Positions 36,101 through 44,258 of a stretch of DNA of 61,840 nucleotides are shown here, piece by piece; position 1 is the stretch's first letter; each line of letters starts with the position of its first letter. The notes under the pieces are model-generated. The model was given only the letters and a program-made list of their open reading frames with translations. It did no database searches and was not told where the DNA came from. The DNA is from an uncultured Myxococcales bacterium (GTDB taxonomy: Bacteria > Myxococcota_A > Polyangia > Palsa-1104 > JAEUJZ01), in the NCBI GenBank assembly GCA_937868485.1, contig CALMML010000441.1, forward strand, positions 1 through 61,840, written 5' to 3'. The position numbers and the translations under genes are program-made.

Positions 36101-38357
36101 TCTTCTGTCGTCGAGCACGGATCAGGCACGGATTGATCAGCTGATCGAGTCCGCTCTGACGACAGCAGCGACGACGAACTCGCTGCTGCCGGACATTGAG
36201 CGCGCACGGCTGCTAAGAACCCAAGCGCGGGCGCGGCAAGCGCTGGGACATCTCGACGGAACGCTGACGGTGCTAAAAGAAGCCGAGCGGCTGATTCCGG
36301 GTACGCTGTCCGACAAGCTGTGGCTCGGAGAGACCGCGTTTGCGCAAGAAGACTTCGAGACGGCACTTTCACACCTGGGTGCGCTGACGAAGTACATCGA
36401 ACAGCGAGACGCGCTGCCGACGCCACTGACGATCGAAAAGCTCGCGGACTCGCTGGATGCGGCGGGTCAAGCGGCGCTGGCACTCGGCAAGCTCGACGAG
36501 GCACGGACGCTGTGGCAGTCGGTCCTTCAGCTTGCGCCAGAGCATGTCTCGGCGACGAGTCACTATCTGGATCTGCTGCTGCTCGGCAAAGAGAGCGGCG
36601 ATGCAGAGCAAGCGCTGACGATGCTGACGCAGCGAGCAAGCCAGGCTGCCAGCGTCGGACAAGTGCAAGCAGCTCGACGGGATTATCAGCGCGCGGCAAC
36701 CTTGGCGTCGAGCCAGCTTGGGGAAAGCCTGCGGGCGCAAGGACTGCTGAAAGAAGCGCTCGCGCTGCTGCCGCCACTTGGGGAAGACAGCGACGACGCA
36801 CTGCGTCACGAGTGGAGCACGCTGCTCGCGTCGGTGTACGACAGCGCAGAGCAGCTTGGCGAGCTGTCCGACGCACGCGGTTATGCCGAGCGTCTGGCGG
36901 AGCTGGCCGAGACAAACAAAGGTCAGAGCGCGTGGCAAAAACGGGCGGCACAGTGCGCGCTCCGAGGCGGAGACAGTGCGGGAGCCAAAGCGCTGCTGCT
37001 TGCGGCGCTCGGGAAGACTCCGGCGCAGCTCGGTCTGATCGGTGAATATCTTGAGCTAGCCAGCGACGAAGAAGCGAGCGAAAAGCTGCCCCAGCTTTTG
37101 CACAATGCCAGCTCGACAGAGAGCAGCTCGACGACGCCGCGAGGACCGGAGTGGCAGACCCAGCTCAAGGATCTGTGGATTCGTTCCGCGACGATTCACG
37201 CCAAAGTGGGTGCGGGATCGCTGGCGGCTGAAGCGTACGAGCGTGCGCTGTCGGTGCTGCCGGAGCTCGATCCGAACGAAGCGCTGGGTCTGCGACGAGC
37301 GGTGCTGGAAGTGCTGCCCGAAACCGAGCTGGATCGCGCACGCGGACACTTGCATGCGCTGCTCGCAAGCGCGCCCAAAGACATCGCGCTGCTTGGCAAG
37401 CTTCAGTCGGTGGAAGAGCGCGCAGGCAACAAAGGTGCGTCGTGGCGACTTCAGCAGCTGCTGCATCTATACGACGAAAGCCAGCCGGTTCCGCCCGCGC
37501 CGACGCTGCCACCCAAGGATGTCAAGCTCGACGATGCGGATCATGCGCGGCTCGCGGACGCAGATGCCCGAACCATCGCCGAGCTGCTGTCGGCGCTGTG
37601 GGAAGGTGTGTATGCGACCAAGGCTCCGACGCTGGATGCGCTGGGCGTGCAAGGAACCGATCGCTTGCAAGGCAATGAGTCTTCGCCCGACGAGCTGGCT
37701 CGAGCGTTTGCACTGACCAGTCGCGTGCTCGGCAATCAGCGCGCCGGTCTGTATCGTCCCGCAGGACACACGCTTCAGCAGCCTCGGCTGCTCGCAAAGC
37801 TTCCGACGGCGGTGATTGCGTCGCCGCAGCTTGGCAAGCGTCCCGTCGGAGAGCTGCTGTTCCTTTTGGCTCGCGCCGTCGAAGGTCTGCGTCCCGAATA
37901 CATCCTGCCGCTGTCGATGCCCGCGTCGGAGCTGGTGAAGCTCGGTCAGCTTGCGGTCAAAGCGTTCGGTCCACAAAAGACGCCGAAGCTGCCCGACGAT
38001 GTCTCGACGTGGAAGCGAGAGCTGCCCTATCGCGCCAGCAAGCGCCTGCAAGATCTGCTGCGTGATCAGACGGAGTTTGACTCGTCGGCAGCCAGCTATC
38101 GGGTCGCGATTCGCCGAGCCATTGCGCGCGCAGCGCTGCTTGTATCGGGCGATCTGCTGGCAGCGCGCAGCGTGCTGTTTGGTGTCGACGTACCAGCCTC
38201 GCAAGATCCAAGCACCGCGCAGAGCGGCTATTACCTGCGACTGGGCGAAGCCGAACTGTCAGCCCACGCCGAAGCAGAAGCCGATCTGGCCGATCTGTGC
38301 GCGTTTTTTATCGCTCCGCAAAACGCCGCGCTGTTTGACCGTCTGCATCCTCGCTAA
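30126..38357 (+). CDS. Second giant TPR-repeat protein (about 2740 aa) with a non-TPR C-terminal domain
   Basis: Long helical-repeat ORF; the last 300 aa or so (ELLFLLARAVEGLRPEY...RAALLVSGDLLAA) differ from the repeats and resemble C-termini of other myxobacterial giant proteins. Confidence 0.88.
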   Translation: MAERKDPPATQSPDAEALLARAKSQRGVEAAETLRRAAEKFRAQGDVEQAFTSYERALAELADQIGSPPAAKLGASLEFELGKLCEEDLGRFEQALLHYQQAFKLRPDFMEPLRRGRVIYQSLGDMDMVARLIELHLANLVAGEAQQGVELALELGHLKLRLHDPAGAVDVLRSALRMHNELSEDTEVPEQLLSTLAESYMSPDYQPGISEKEQARRNASDIFLGLAKRHLDEELLQILEKLRQAEEEEGNSSPLSVENLLKSKDKPLAEQDKLALGFLKRALEADIRNVTAAVLVEALYLRTPAATGLPELIKLYRSGARVTRRGPKLLKLYEQTGSPDYQAVADACRAGLDAVSSMDEWHETRQVLVDVLKKASDQLGLGQLREEDALEAALPEERAELMMEAADYYNRGGDTERYIACLKQAFHELPLHSEAFRKLSDYYKSRRDFIGLAVIQENRMAAQFETARLDLQSYAKQLEDLGELYEKKLQDVVSAAAIWRRIDELLPSLRSQSERKRLGQRLTRTEMQINELIVELERMEPDDVTRVEYLRRLAQLYREIHEPKHAATVLDQLLQLAPGDLPSIKVLIELAEQSGDTSQQLELLRQQAGLASDKAERLGILRRMMTLCDQRLLRRDEQFDGQDSIEMMVWVCRSLLTELPSDRDALKRLADALQLVGSKNELLEVLESYLRVAPTPREKLTLHRRIAKIAEDCGDLTRSVSHLERAVRICPPGPEAEEVLCELARVYGAQGRLELAVSTLDLVQKQSSRSGPEIHRLLGRLTLQADDPQLLDKSLRAFREVLARLPQDGEALAALQKIHRTRGEWKELEQVLRKQLEPMEPPLPPRERLSLALDLAEVLGQHMENPRQAAALLEKVQAETPIVDLRVHRHLRGLYEELGDVRAAVSCEERELLLTEDPVARIERAIEIARLWQSRGKDAGRAYLSYERAVRMAPELPPDSVERAAVRRLITQALEAMSQMSAQRGRWDDVVGIGQQRLNIAVEQDEAMQAAAILVEMAQVYEEKLGQPIDGFALRIQAFELAPDLMSIDQLAGIAEKYGQWKPLADLHVQRVERALAAKIDVPLDSALAASTTLEQKLADPIQAFRLLKKSLPITVSAAMAATDKRSPQGRLLSEMDRVVRSLHKKGGEQSSELALESVSLARELAHVYHALVDELVRMTDAGIEETSLRIHKLLGESAKVREQVLFDPAGALGERLHAFTVGGERDHSEDLVADEVFAETIAEIHRLALLSGQIKEAVAVDMRRQDRAQSDQRRQQVACESAGWLDDHGNDPQRALKACIKALGLCSEGSDAQAEMRGRLFRIGQKLGLLAWDEVVRAERALVASQPKLLRQKMLYLASLWQQGASDSVRAVDAAGQALRMTYFPAGVPTSSKSAQPLSELLTPQLTPELVAEQQHIRSVIDAILRAAQGEAEPAAKLVTVLDNLANQLTEAGAPQWAAKVLIDAAQADEKRGRFGQAERRYQEALKQSDVADEAMSGLERVYRQQRRLADLATLLEKRRALLSDSALLKLLIELAEVYREINKHQLALNALQQAVAIDDSDAGPHLSMAKLFEAQKSFTRAIESYRSGAQRSQSAVDSAKALLVAADLLERKLNESDEALTLSLQALRKTLAAQGQRLQSGETIPVGDPLREQRDAAWNTVERLLGKLQRQEEMDGLVTERLAVTTSALSDEKEALLRRQYELIKQKLQAPSESTPRDGEDPQSPSTALRDKLLGLLEELSQLRPSDDALLAEQQALLLGKNEQAKARTVAAKRLALLEKTDADATKRNDLTLQVARLDLELGRFAEAEAALERILHQTPGSAEAIKALVDLHQRSGNHTGLVAALQRLSSQQNDLEAAVAALRQAAQITLAAQEDTEGAKRLLRDALTRVDAAPTVTPAQKALVRRALGQVLVSLFELAQREGNVDEAQALAQRAIHEADLVGSRAADLQVHLGHKALSEGKTDEAIRFYDAALAASPGLLEPTLSLLDLLSSSTDQARIDQLIESALTTAATTNSLLPDIERARLLRTQARARQALGHLDGTLTVLKEAERLIPGTLSDKLWLGETAFAQEDFETALSHLGALTKYIEQRDALPTPLTIEKLADSLDAAGQAALALGKLDEARTLWQSVLQLAPEHVSATSHYLDLLLLGKESGDAEQALTMLTQRASQAASVGQVQAARRDYQRAATLASSQLGESLRAQGLLKEALALLPPLGEDSDDALRHEWSTLLASVYDSAEQLGELSDARGYAERLAELAETNKGQSAWQKRAAQCALRGGDSAGAKALLLAALGKTPAQLGLIGEYLELASDEEASEKLPQLLHNASSTESSSTTPRGPEWQTQLKDLWIRSATIHAKVGAGSLAAEAYERALSVLPELDPNEALGLRRAVLEVLPETELDRARGHLHALLASAPKDIALLGKLQSVEERAGNKGASWRLQQLLHLYDESQPVPPAPTLPPKDVKLDDADHARLADADARTIAELLSALWEGVYATKAPTLDALGVQGTDRLQGNESSPDELARAFALTSRVLGNQRAGLYRPAGHTLQQPRLLAKLPTAVIASPQLGKRPVGELLFLLARAVEGLRPEYILPLSMPASELVKLGQLAVKAFGPQKTPKLPDDVSTWKRELPYRASKRLQDLLRDQTEFDSSAASYRVAIRRAIARAALLVSGDLLAARSVLFGVDVPASQDPSTAQSGYYLRLGEAELSAHAEAEADLADLCAFFIAPQNAALFDRLHPR

Positions 38358-38428
38358 CGTCCCAAATCGACGCCGCTGTCCGCACGGTTGTGTATCCTCC
38401 TTGGCACACAGTAGCCAGGAAGTCACCC

Positions 38429-39043
38429 GTGCGTTTCCATCCAAAAACCAGCTCTCTGTCCGTGTTTTCTCGTCTGCTGCTTGGACTTGGTCTCAGCCTG
38501 CTCGTGTTCTCAGGCTGTCGCGAGCTAGACGAAACCGGCGCGCCAGTCCGCGATGCTGGCTCCGATCTCGCCACGATCAGCGACGGAAGCCTTCGCGATG
38601 GAAGCGCCAAAGACCAAGCCGCGAGCCCGGATCTGTCTTGGCCTGCGCCGATGCCACCGCCAGCCAGCTGTTATCAGCGCTCGTCGGGAGTCACCGGCAT
38701 TCAAGTCGTGCTTCGCGTCGACCAGTACATCGGTGTAAAGACGGGCCGAAACGGTCCACACGAGATCGTCCACGGCACGATCATCAACACCCCATGGGTC
38801 TACAAGTCATCGATCGTCGACACCACCAACGTCGAGGTCGCGATGAACATCCAGACCGCCACCGACATGACCGGCTTGCCCAAAGAAATCCCGGTTCGCG
38901 CCGGGGAACAGATCGAGCTAGAAGGCGAATACATTCCCAAGGCAACCGCGAACGCAACGACTGCGCTCGGACCCGCCGCCGTCCTGCACTTCACCCATGA
39001 GCCGTGCGGCTACGCGGTCCTCGGTGGCGTGAAGTATCGCTAA
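38429..39043 (+). CDS. Lipoprotein with a DUF3465-like C-terminal domain
   Basis: Lipobox FSGC, Asp/Ser/Pro linker, C-terminal GEQIELEGEY...LHFTH.PCGY..LGG.KY resembling DUF3465; GTG start with SD AGGAAG. Confidence 0.65.
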   Translation: MRFHPKTSSLSVFSRLLLGLGLSLLVFSGCRELDETGAPVRDAGSDLATISDGSLRDGSAKDQAASPDLSWPAPMPPPASCYQRSSGVTGIQVVLRVDQYIGVKTGRNGPHEIVHGTIINTPWVYKSSIVDTTNVEVAMNIQTATDMTGLPKEIPVRAGEQIELEGEYIPKATANATTALGPAAVLHFTHEPCGYAVLGGVKYR

Positions 39044-39063
39044 CCGTCGCGCCTCGTCGATTT

Positions 39064-40230
39064 CTACGGCACCGTATCCAGCCACGCCGACACCGCCATC
39101 AGCTCATCTTGCGTGAGTGCGCCCGCGCCTTTCGGAGGCATCGGCGACGGAGTCATCTCCACCACACGCTTGCGCATCGCGTCTTTGCGCGCCACCCACG
39201 ACTTGTACGTCGACAGATCCATGTTGGCGCTGCCACCCGGCATGTGACACAGACTGCACAGCCTCGTGAACACCGGCTGCACCGTGTTCTTCCACTGATC
39301 TTCCGACGCACCACCGCCCGTGTCTTCGCCAAAGCGCTTGAGAGTTCCTTGCGACAGCACCCAGACATCGCCCGTCGACGAGCTGATCAGCTTGCCATCG
39401 GCAGGAATCATCCCCGCTTGCGCCCGTCGCACTTCCGCTTCGTCGAGCACCGCCAGCGTATCGCCGATCTGCACCCACACCACACCGCTTGATAGCACCA
39501 GCCCGCGAATCGGCGCATCCGACGATTCATACAGCTTCGCCAGCGAGCTTCCCGACTCTCGATACAGCGCGTTTTCCGTCGCCACCACCAGCCGTCCCGC
39601 CGTATCAATCAGCGTTCCGACCGGCGCGCTCACGTCAAAGCGAGACTGATCTCCGCTGCGTGCATCAAATGTTCGCACCGATCCATCGACGATGCCCGCC
39701 ACCCGACCACTGCCACCGCTGATCTGGGAAAACGCCAGCGGATAGCGCGTCACCTTCGCACCGTCTGATACAGCCAGCTCCGCGCCCAGCGAAAACGCCG
39801 TTCTCGTCGTCGGATCGACAGCAACCACATCGCTCACATTGTCGAGATTGAGCCCATAGCGATCCGACACGTCTTCCATCAGCGAGCGATCGCGCAGACG
39901 ACGAACTTTGCCCGCTCCGTCGACGCCCATCAGCCAAGATCCCGCCAGGTTTCCCGCCGGAACCACCGTCGCGGACTTCCAGCTCTGAACCGCTGCGTCG
40001 GTGTACAGCGGCAGTCCGGCGGTAAACACCATCGCGCCCAGGCTCGAAAACACCACCGTGTCTTCGTTCAAGTCTGCGACGGCAAACACCGTTCCAGTGG
40101 ACACCGACTTGGCGTTCCACTGCACGGTCTTTAGCTGAAGCGCCTGTTCGCCGAGCAGGGAATCAGACCCCGACTGGCAGGCGCCAAAGAGCAAGGCACA
40201 GACGGACAGCACTCGGGTCAGCTTTTTCAT
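39064..40230 (-). CDS. Lipoprotein: beta-propeller-like domain plus C-terminal c-type cytochrome
   Basis: Lipobox FGAC; beta-rich repeats; QPVFTRLCSLCH (CxxCH) and SPMPP distal Met. Start uncertain (40230-40257). Confidence 0.8.
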   Translation of the reverse strand: MKKLTRVLSVCALLFGACQSGSDSLLGEQALQLKTVQWNAKSVSTGTVFAVADLNEDTVVFSSLGAMVFTAGLPLYTDAAVQSWKSATVVPAGNLAGSWLMGVDGAGKVRRLRDRSLMEDVSDRYGLNLDNVSDVVAVDPTTRTAFSLGAELAVSDGAKVTRYPLAFSQISGGSGRVAGIVDGSVRTFDARSGDQSRFDVSAPVGTLIDTAGRLVVATENALYRESGSSLAKLYESSDAPIRGLVLSSGVVWVQIGDTLAVLDEAEVRRAQAGMIPADGKLISSSTGDVWVLSQGTLKRFGEDTGGGASEDQWKNTVQPVFTRLCSLCHMPGGSANMDLSTYKSWVARKDAMRKRVVEMTPSPMPPKGAGALTQDELMAVSAWLDTVP

Positions 40231-40341
40231 AGACACCATCATTTGCCGCCCGGCCAAGGTGCGTCAACCGACTTCACCGCACGTTCTCCGTCGACCAGCT
40301 AACTGCCGCCAGCGTCCCCGGATTTCGCTGCGGACCATTTA

Positions 40342-41265
40342 CTACTTGTAAATGTCCATGATGTCTTCGAGCAGCTTTTTGCCCTGTGCGAACGGTCGCT
40401 GGAACGAGTTGCGACCGATGATCGATCCGTAGCCACCGCCATCGCGAATCGCTCGGATGTCTTCCAGAACCGCCTCGTCGCTGTCTTTGGTCTCACCGCC
40501 GGAAAAGATGATGATGCGTCGGCCATTGAACGTGCAGTTGACGACGTGACGAACCCGCTCGGTCAGCGTCGCACGCGCTGGCTTTTGCGCGTCATAGACC
40601 TTTTGCGCTTCGGCCTGCTCGATCCGATCCTTGGGCAGCTTCACCTTGATGATGTGCGATCCAAGCTGCGCCGCGATGTGCGCCGCATACGCCGCCACGT
40701 CGAGCGAAGTCTCGCCCTCTTTGGACAGGTTGGTGCCGCGCGGATAGCTCCACGTCACGACGACCAGACCCGCCGCTTTGGCTTCTTCGGTCAGATCGCG
40801 AAGCTGCCGATACATCTCGTTGCGCGACGACGAGCCCGGATAGATCGTAAAGCCAATGCCGACACAGCCGAGCCGCAGCGCTTCCTTCACCGATCCCGTC
40901 AGCGCCGAGCACGGCTCCAGCTTCGACAGCGAGTCACTATTGTTCAGCTTCAAGATGAGCGGAACCTGACCCGCGAACTTGGCCGCGCCCGCTTCCAAAA
41001 ATCCAAGCGGAGCCGCGTACGCTGCACAGCCCGACTCGATTGCCAGCCGAAAGTGATACTCCGGGTCCATCGCATCCGGGTTCATTCCGAAGCTGCGATA
41101 CGGGCCGTGCTCGAAGCCTTGATCGACCGGAAGGATCACCATCCGTCCCGTTCCCGCCAGGCGGCCATGCATCATCAGGCGCGCCAGGTTGGTCAAGGTT
41201 CCAGGGTTATCCGACGAATAGTACGAGAGGATCTGTTTTACACGCTCGGTAACAGCCAGGGTCAT
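40342..41265 (-). CDS. fbaB: Class I fructose-bisphosphate aldolase (DhnA type)
   Basis: ILPVDQGFEHGP, YAAPLG, LILKLN, WSYPRG, AAQLGSHIIKVK, FSGG, GSIIGRNSFQRP; SD AAAGGAG. Confidence 0.95.
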   Translation of the reverse strand: MTLAVTERVKQILSYYSSDNPGTLTNLARLMMHGRLAGTGRMVILPVDQGFEHGPYRSFGMNPDAMDPEYHFRLAIESGCAAYAAPLGFLEAGAAKFAGQVPLILKLNNSDSLSKLEPCSALTGSVKEALRLGCVGIGFTIYPGSSSRNEMYRQLRDLTEEAKAAGLVVVTWSYPRGTNLSKEGETSLDVAAYAAHIAAQLGSHIIKVKLPKDRIEQAEAQKVYDAQKPARATLTERVRHVVNCTFNGRRIIIFSGGETKDSDEAVLEDIRAIRDGGGYGSIIGRNSFQRPFAQGKKLLEDIMDIYK

Positions 41266-41470
41266 AAGGGACTCCTTTGGGTGCAAATCCGTAGGGACTG
41301 GTGCGCAGGCTCGTTAGAGAAAGCGCCGACGCGCGGAGAGCATGCCCCACAGGCCCTGTTTCTGACAAGGCTCGGCAAAAGGGGAAAACGGTTGCTGAAG
41401 CGGTGGGCTGTGTGGTAAGCGTCGGCGCGCGAGTGCCAAGGAGGAAGCGATCAGCGACAACAAACAGAGC

Positions 41471-41683
41471 ATGTGGCTCCAGGCAGCCAGCCTGAGCTAT
41501 CTCGGCATCTTCTTTGGCGTTTCTCTCGTCATCGGAGCAGCTGTTGGCTCTTTTCTTGATCGAAAATGGGGAACCCATCCGTACCTGATGATGGTCGGTG
41601 TTGTCCTCGGGATCGCGACCGGATTTAACGAACTGTGGCGACTTGCCAAGCGCTACCAGAAACAGCTGAAGCAGAAACCGTGA
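41471..41683 (+). CDS. atpZ: AtpZ/AtpI-family protein
   Basis: GAAVGSFLDRKWGTHPYLMMVGVVLGIATGF; first gene of the atp F0 cluster. Confidence 0.85.
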   Translation: MWLQAASLSYLGIFFGVSLVIGAAVGSFLDRKWGTHPYLMMVGVVLGIATGFNELWRLAKRYQKQLKQKP

Positions 41684-42090
41684 ACCAGCCTTCCGTGACA
41701 GAGAGCCGTGGCGCTCACCTTCGGGCCATCGAGAAAATCTCCCTCGTGTTGGGAGTCCTGCTCGTTGTCGTCGCGATCGCAGGGTTTGCGCTCAAGATTC
41801 AGCTCTCGCTGTCGTATGGAGTCCTGCTGAGCCTGTTTAACGCGCGTGCGATTCGCTTCTTTGGCGATCGCTTGGCGCGGCTCAAGTCCGTCGGTCTGCT
41901 CGTCGTGCTGTTTCAGCTCAAGCTGTTCTTCATCGGCGCGCTGATTTACCTCGGCCTTACGCTGTTTTCTCTCGACGGAATCGGCCTGTGTGTCGGCCTG
42001 TCGATCCTGCCGCTCGCGATCGTCGTGCGAGCCGTACAGTGGGGAATGTCTGCTCCCAATTCCAATGGAGAAGTAGTGAGCAATGGGTGA
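41680..42090 (+). CDS. atpI: ATP synthase subunit I (4 TM)
   Basis: Four hydrophobic helices; GTG overlaps the upstream stop; lies directly before atpB. Confidence 0.8.
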   Translation: MNQPSVTESRGAHLRAIEKISLVLGVLLVVVAIAGFALKIQLSLSYGVLLSLFNARAIRFFGDRLARLKSVGLLVVLFQLKLFFIGALIYLGLTLFSLDGIGLCVGLSILPLAIVVRAVQWGMSAPNSNGEVVSNG

Positions 42091-42922
42091 GGAATCCACC
42101 TGGTTTGATTTTCTGCCTGGGCTGGCCAACCTGGTCGCTTGGGCGAAGCAGTATCTTGGACGTGAAGATCCGTCGCAGGGCTTCTTTTTCCAAGGCGGAC
42201 CCTTCGTCGAGTCGCACTTCAACCTGACGCACGTCTTTTCGGCGCTGCTCGTCTTCGCGTTCGTTGCCTTCGGTGCGATGAGCTTTTCGTCGGCGATGCG
42301 CAAAGGCGGCGACGATGCGATTGTGCCGCCGCCGCAGTTTTCGCTGCGCAACCTCTTCGAGGTGCTGGGCGACGCGCTGTGGAACCTGACCCGCAACATC
42401 ATGGGTGAGACCAACGGTCGCAAGTACCTGCCGCTCATCGGAACGCTCGCGTGCTTCATCTTCTTTAGCAACGTCCTGTCGCTGATTCCCGGCATGGTTC
42501 CACCGACGGCAACGCTGAAGACCAACGTCGCGCTGGCGCTGACCGTGTTCGTCATCACCCACGTCGAAGGCATCCGCGCGCAAGGCATCGTGTCGTACCT
42601 CAAGCACTTCGCGGGTCCGATCTGGTGGCTGGCGTGGATCATGATCCCGATCGAGATCATCGGTCACCTGGCTCGTCCGCTGTCGCTGTCGATGCGTCTG
42701 ATGGGCAACATGGTGTCGGACCACAAGGTCGTCGGCGTCTTCTTCTTCTTGGTGCCGCTGCTTGTGCCGGTGCCGTTCCTGATCCTCGGAACCTTGGTCG
42801 CTGTCATCCAGACGCTGGTGTTCTGTCTGCTGTCGATGGTCTACATCAACATGGCGGTCACGACGCACGAACACGACGACCACGGCCACGAAGAACACGG
42901 CGAGCACGCTCACTCGCACTAA
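42083..42922 (+). CDS. atpB: F0F1 ATP synthase subunit a
   Basis: [49 protein letters not shown]; His-rich tail. Confidence 0.97.
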   Translation: MGEESTWFDFLPGLANLVAWAKQYLGREDPSQGFFFQGGPFVESHFNLTHVFSALLVFAFVAFGAMSFSSAMRKGGDDAIVPPPQFSLRNLFEVLGDALWNLTRNIMGETNGRKYLPLIGTLACFIFFSNVLSLIPGMVPPTATLKTNVALALTVFVITHVEGIRAQGIVSYLKHFAGPIWWLAWIMIPIEIIGHLARPLSLSMRLMGNMVSDHKVVGVFFFLVPLLVPVPFLILGTLVAVIQTLVFCLLSMVYINMAVTTHEHDDHGHEEHGEHAHSH

Positions 42923-42954
42923 CCAACGCCCGGCGCACGGCCGCCGCGGTTGAC

Positions 42955-42978
42955 CCCGTTTCCGTACGCGGGAATGGG
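42955..42978 (+). other. Intercistronic RNA hairpin between atpB and atpE
   Basis: CCCGTTTCCG-TACG-CGGGAATGGG, 10-bp stem with two G-U pairs and a UACG tetraloop. Confidence 0.6.
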
Positions 42979-43047
42979 AAGATTGATTCACAAACGCAAG
43001 ACCGTTACAGAAAACCAAACGCTGTTTTTTCAGGAGGAACTCGAAAC

Positions 43048-43389
43048 ATGACCACCAAGCTCTCCAAGTACATGCTCGCGGCGATGGCTGCGCTCGTGAC
43101 CCTGATGGCTACTTCGGCTGCGTACGCTCAGGCGGCCTCGCCGGAAGTTGCCAAGGCGGAAAACTCCCGCTGGTACGCCATTGCTGCGGCGCTCGGCCTC
43201 GGCATTGCGGCATTCGGTGGCGCGCTCGGTCAGGGCCGCACCGCGACGGCAGCTCTCGACGGCATCGCCCGCAACCCCGGCGCGTCGGACAAGCTGTTCA
43301 CCCCGATGATTCTCGGCCTCGCCCTCATCGAGTCGCTGGTCATCTACTCGCTGCTCATCGCCTTCCTGCTCTACGGAAAAGTCAGCTAA
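43048..43389 (+). CDS. atpE: F0F1 ATP synthase subunit c with an N-terminal signal-like extension
   Basis: GGALGQG...IARNPGA...[16 protein letters not shown]; SD CAGGAGG; N-terminal [27 protein letters not shown]. Confidence 0.97.
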   Translation: MTTKLSKYMLAAMAALVTLMATSAAYAQAASPEVAKAENSRWYAIAAALGLGIAAFGGALGQGRTATAALDGIARNPGASDKLFTPMILGLALIESLVIYSLLIAFLLYGKVS

Positions 43390-44156
43390 GCAGTTGCTTT
43401 GCCGTGACGGCCTTCGCCCTTCGCAAAGGCCGTAGCCCCGCTCTCCGTCTCTCCCGACAAAATCGTCTGCATTCCTAGCTCAAACTCTCGACGCAGTGCT
43501 TGCTGCATGGGCAGAGGCTCGTCAAGCTGAAGCAGCGTCGCCATGCGATCACTGCGCAGACAGCCCTGCGGCAGCCGCGCCAGCTCTTTGGCCAACAGCT
43601 CCGCGCTCTGACGAGCCATTCCCGTCGGAACCACGCGACTGACCAGCCCCATCGCCAGCGCCTCGCTCGCCGTCACCGCCCGCCCGGTCAGGATCAGATC
43701 GAGCGCCCGTCCGAGCCCAATGATCTGCGGCAAGCGAACCGTTCCACCGTCGATGAGCGGCACACCGAAGCGTCGACAAAACACGCCAAGCACCGCGCTT
43801 TCTTCCGCCACCCGCAGATCGCAAAAGCAGGCCAGCTCCAGACCTCCCGCGACGGCATAACCCGAAATCGCAGCGATCACCGGCTTCTGAAGTCGCATCC
43901 GCGTCGGCCCCATCGGACCATCGCCCTCGACGCTGAGCTGATTGGGCTGACCTTGCGCCACCTGCTTGAGGTCCGCGCCCGCACAAAAGTGTCCTCCGTC
44001 GCCAAACAAGACGGCAACCCGTGCTTCGGGATCGCGATCAAAGTCAGAAAACGCCGCTGTCAGTGCCGTCGCTGTTTCACGATTGACCGCATTTCGTGCC
44101 TCGGGCCGACGAAGGATGATCGTCCACACCTGCGCTTGCTTTTCGACCAGTACCAC
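43386..44156 (-). CDS. Enoyl-CoA hydratase/crotonase-family protein
   Basis: [53 protein letters not shown]; GTG start with SD GAGGAG. Confidence 0.93.
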   Translation of the reverse strand: MVLVEKQAQVWTIILRRPEARNAVNRETATALTAAFSDFDRDPEARVAVLFGDGGHFCAGADLKQVAQGQPNQLSVEGDGPMGPTRMRLQKPVIAAISGYAVAGGLELACFCDLRVAEESAVLGVFCRRFGVPLIDGGTVRLPQIIGLGRALDLILTGRAVTASEALAMGLVSRVVPTGMARQSAELLAKELARLPQGCLRSDRMATLLQLDEPLPMQQALRREFELGMQTILSGETESGATAFAKGEGRHGKATA

Positions 44157-44258
44157 GGGGATCTCCTCGCGAAAAAATGTCACCAATGAGCAGCTAACTA
44201 CGCAACTTTCGTTTGGGGCTGCCGAACATCACAAGCCACCACTGGTTAGGAGTCCTGC

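Noticed and set aside
41471-43389. atp operon lacking b, delta and F1 genes
   Set aside because: Split atp operons are normal in deltaproteobacterial and myxobacterial lineages.
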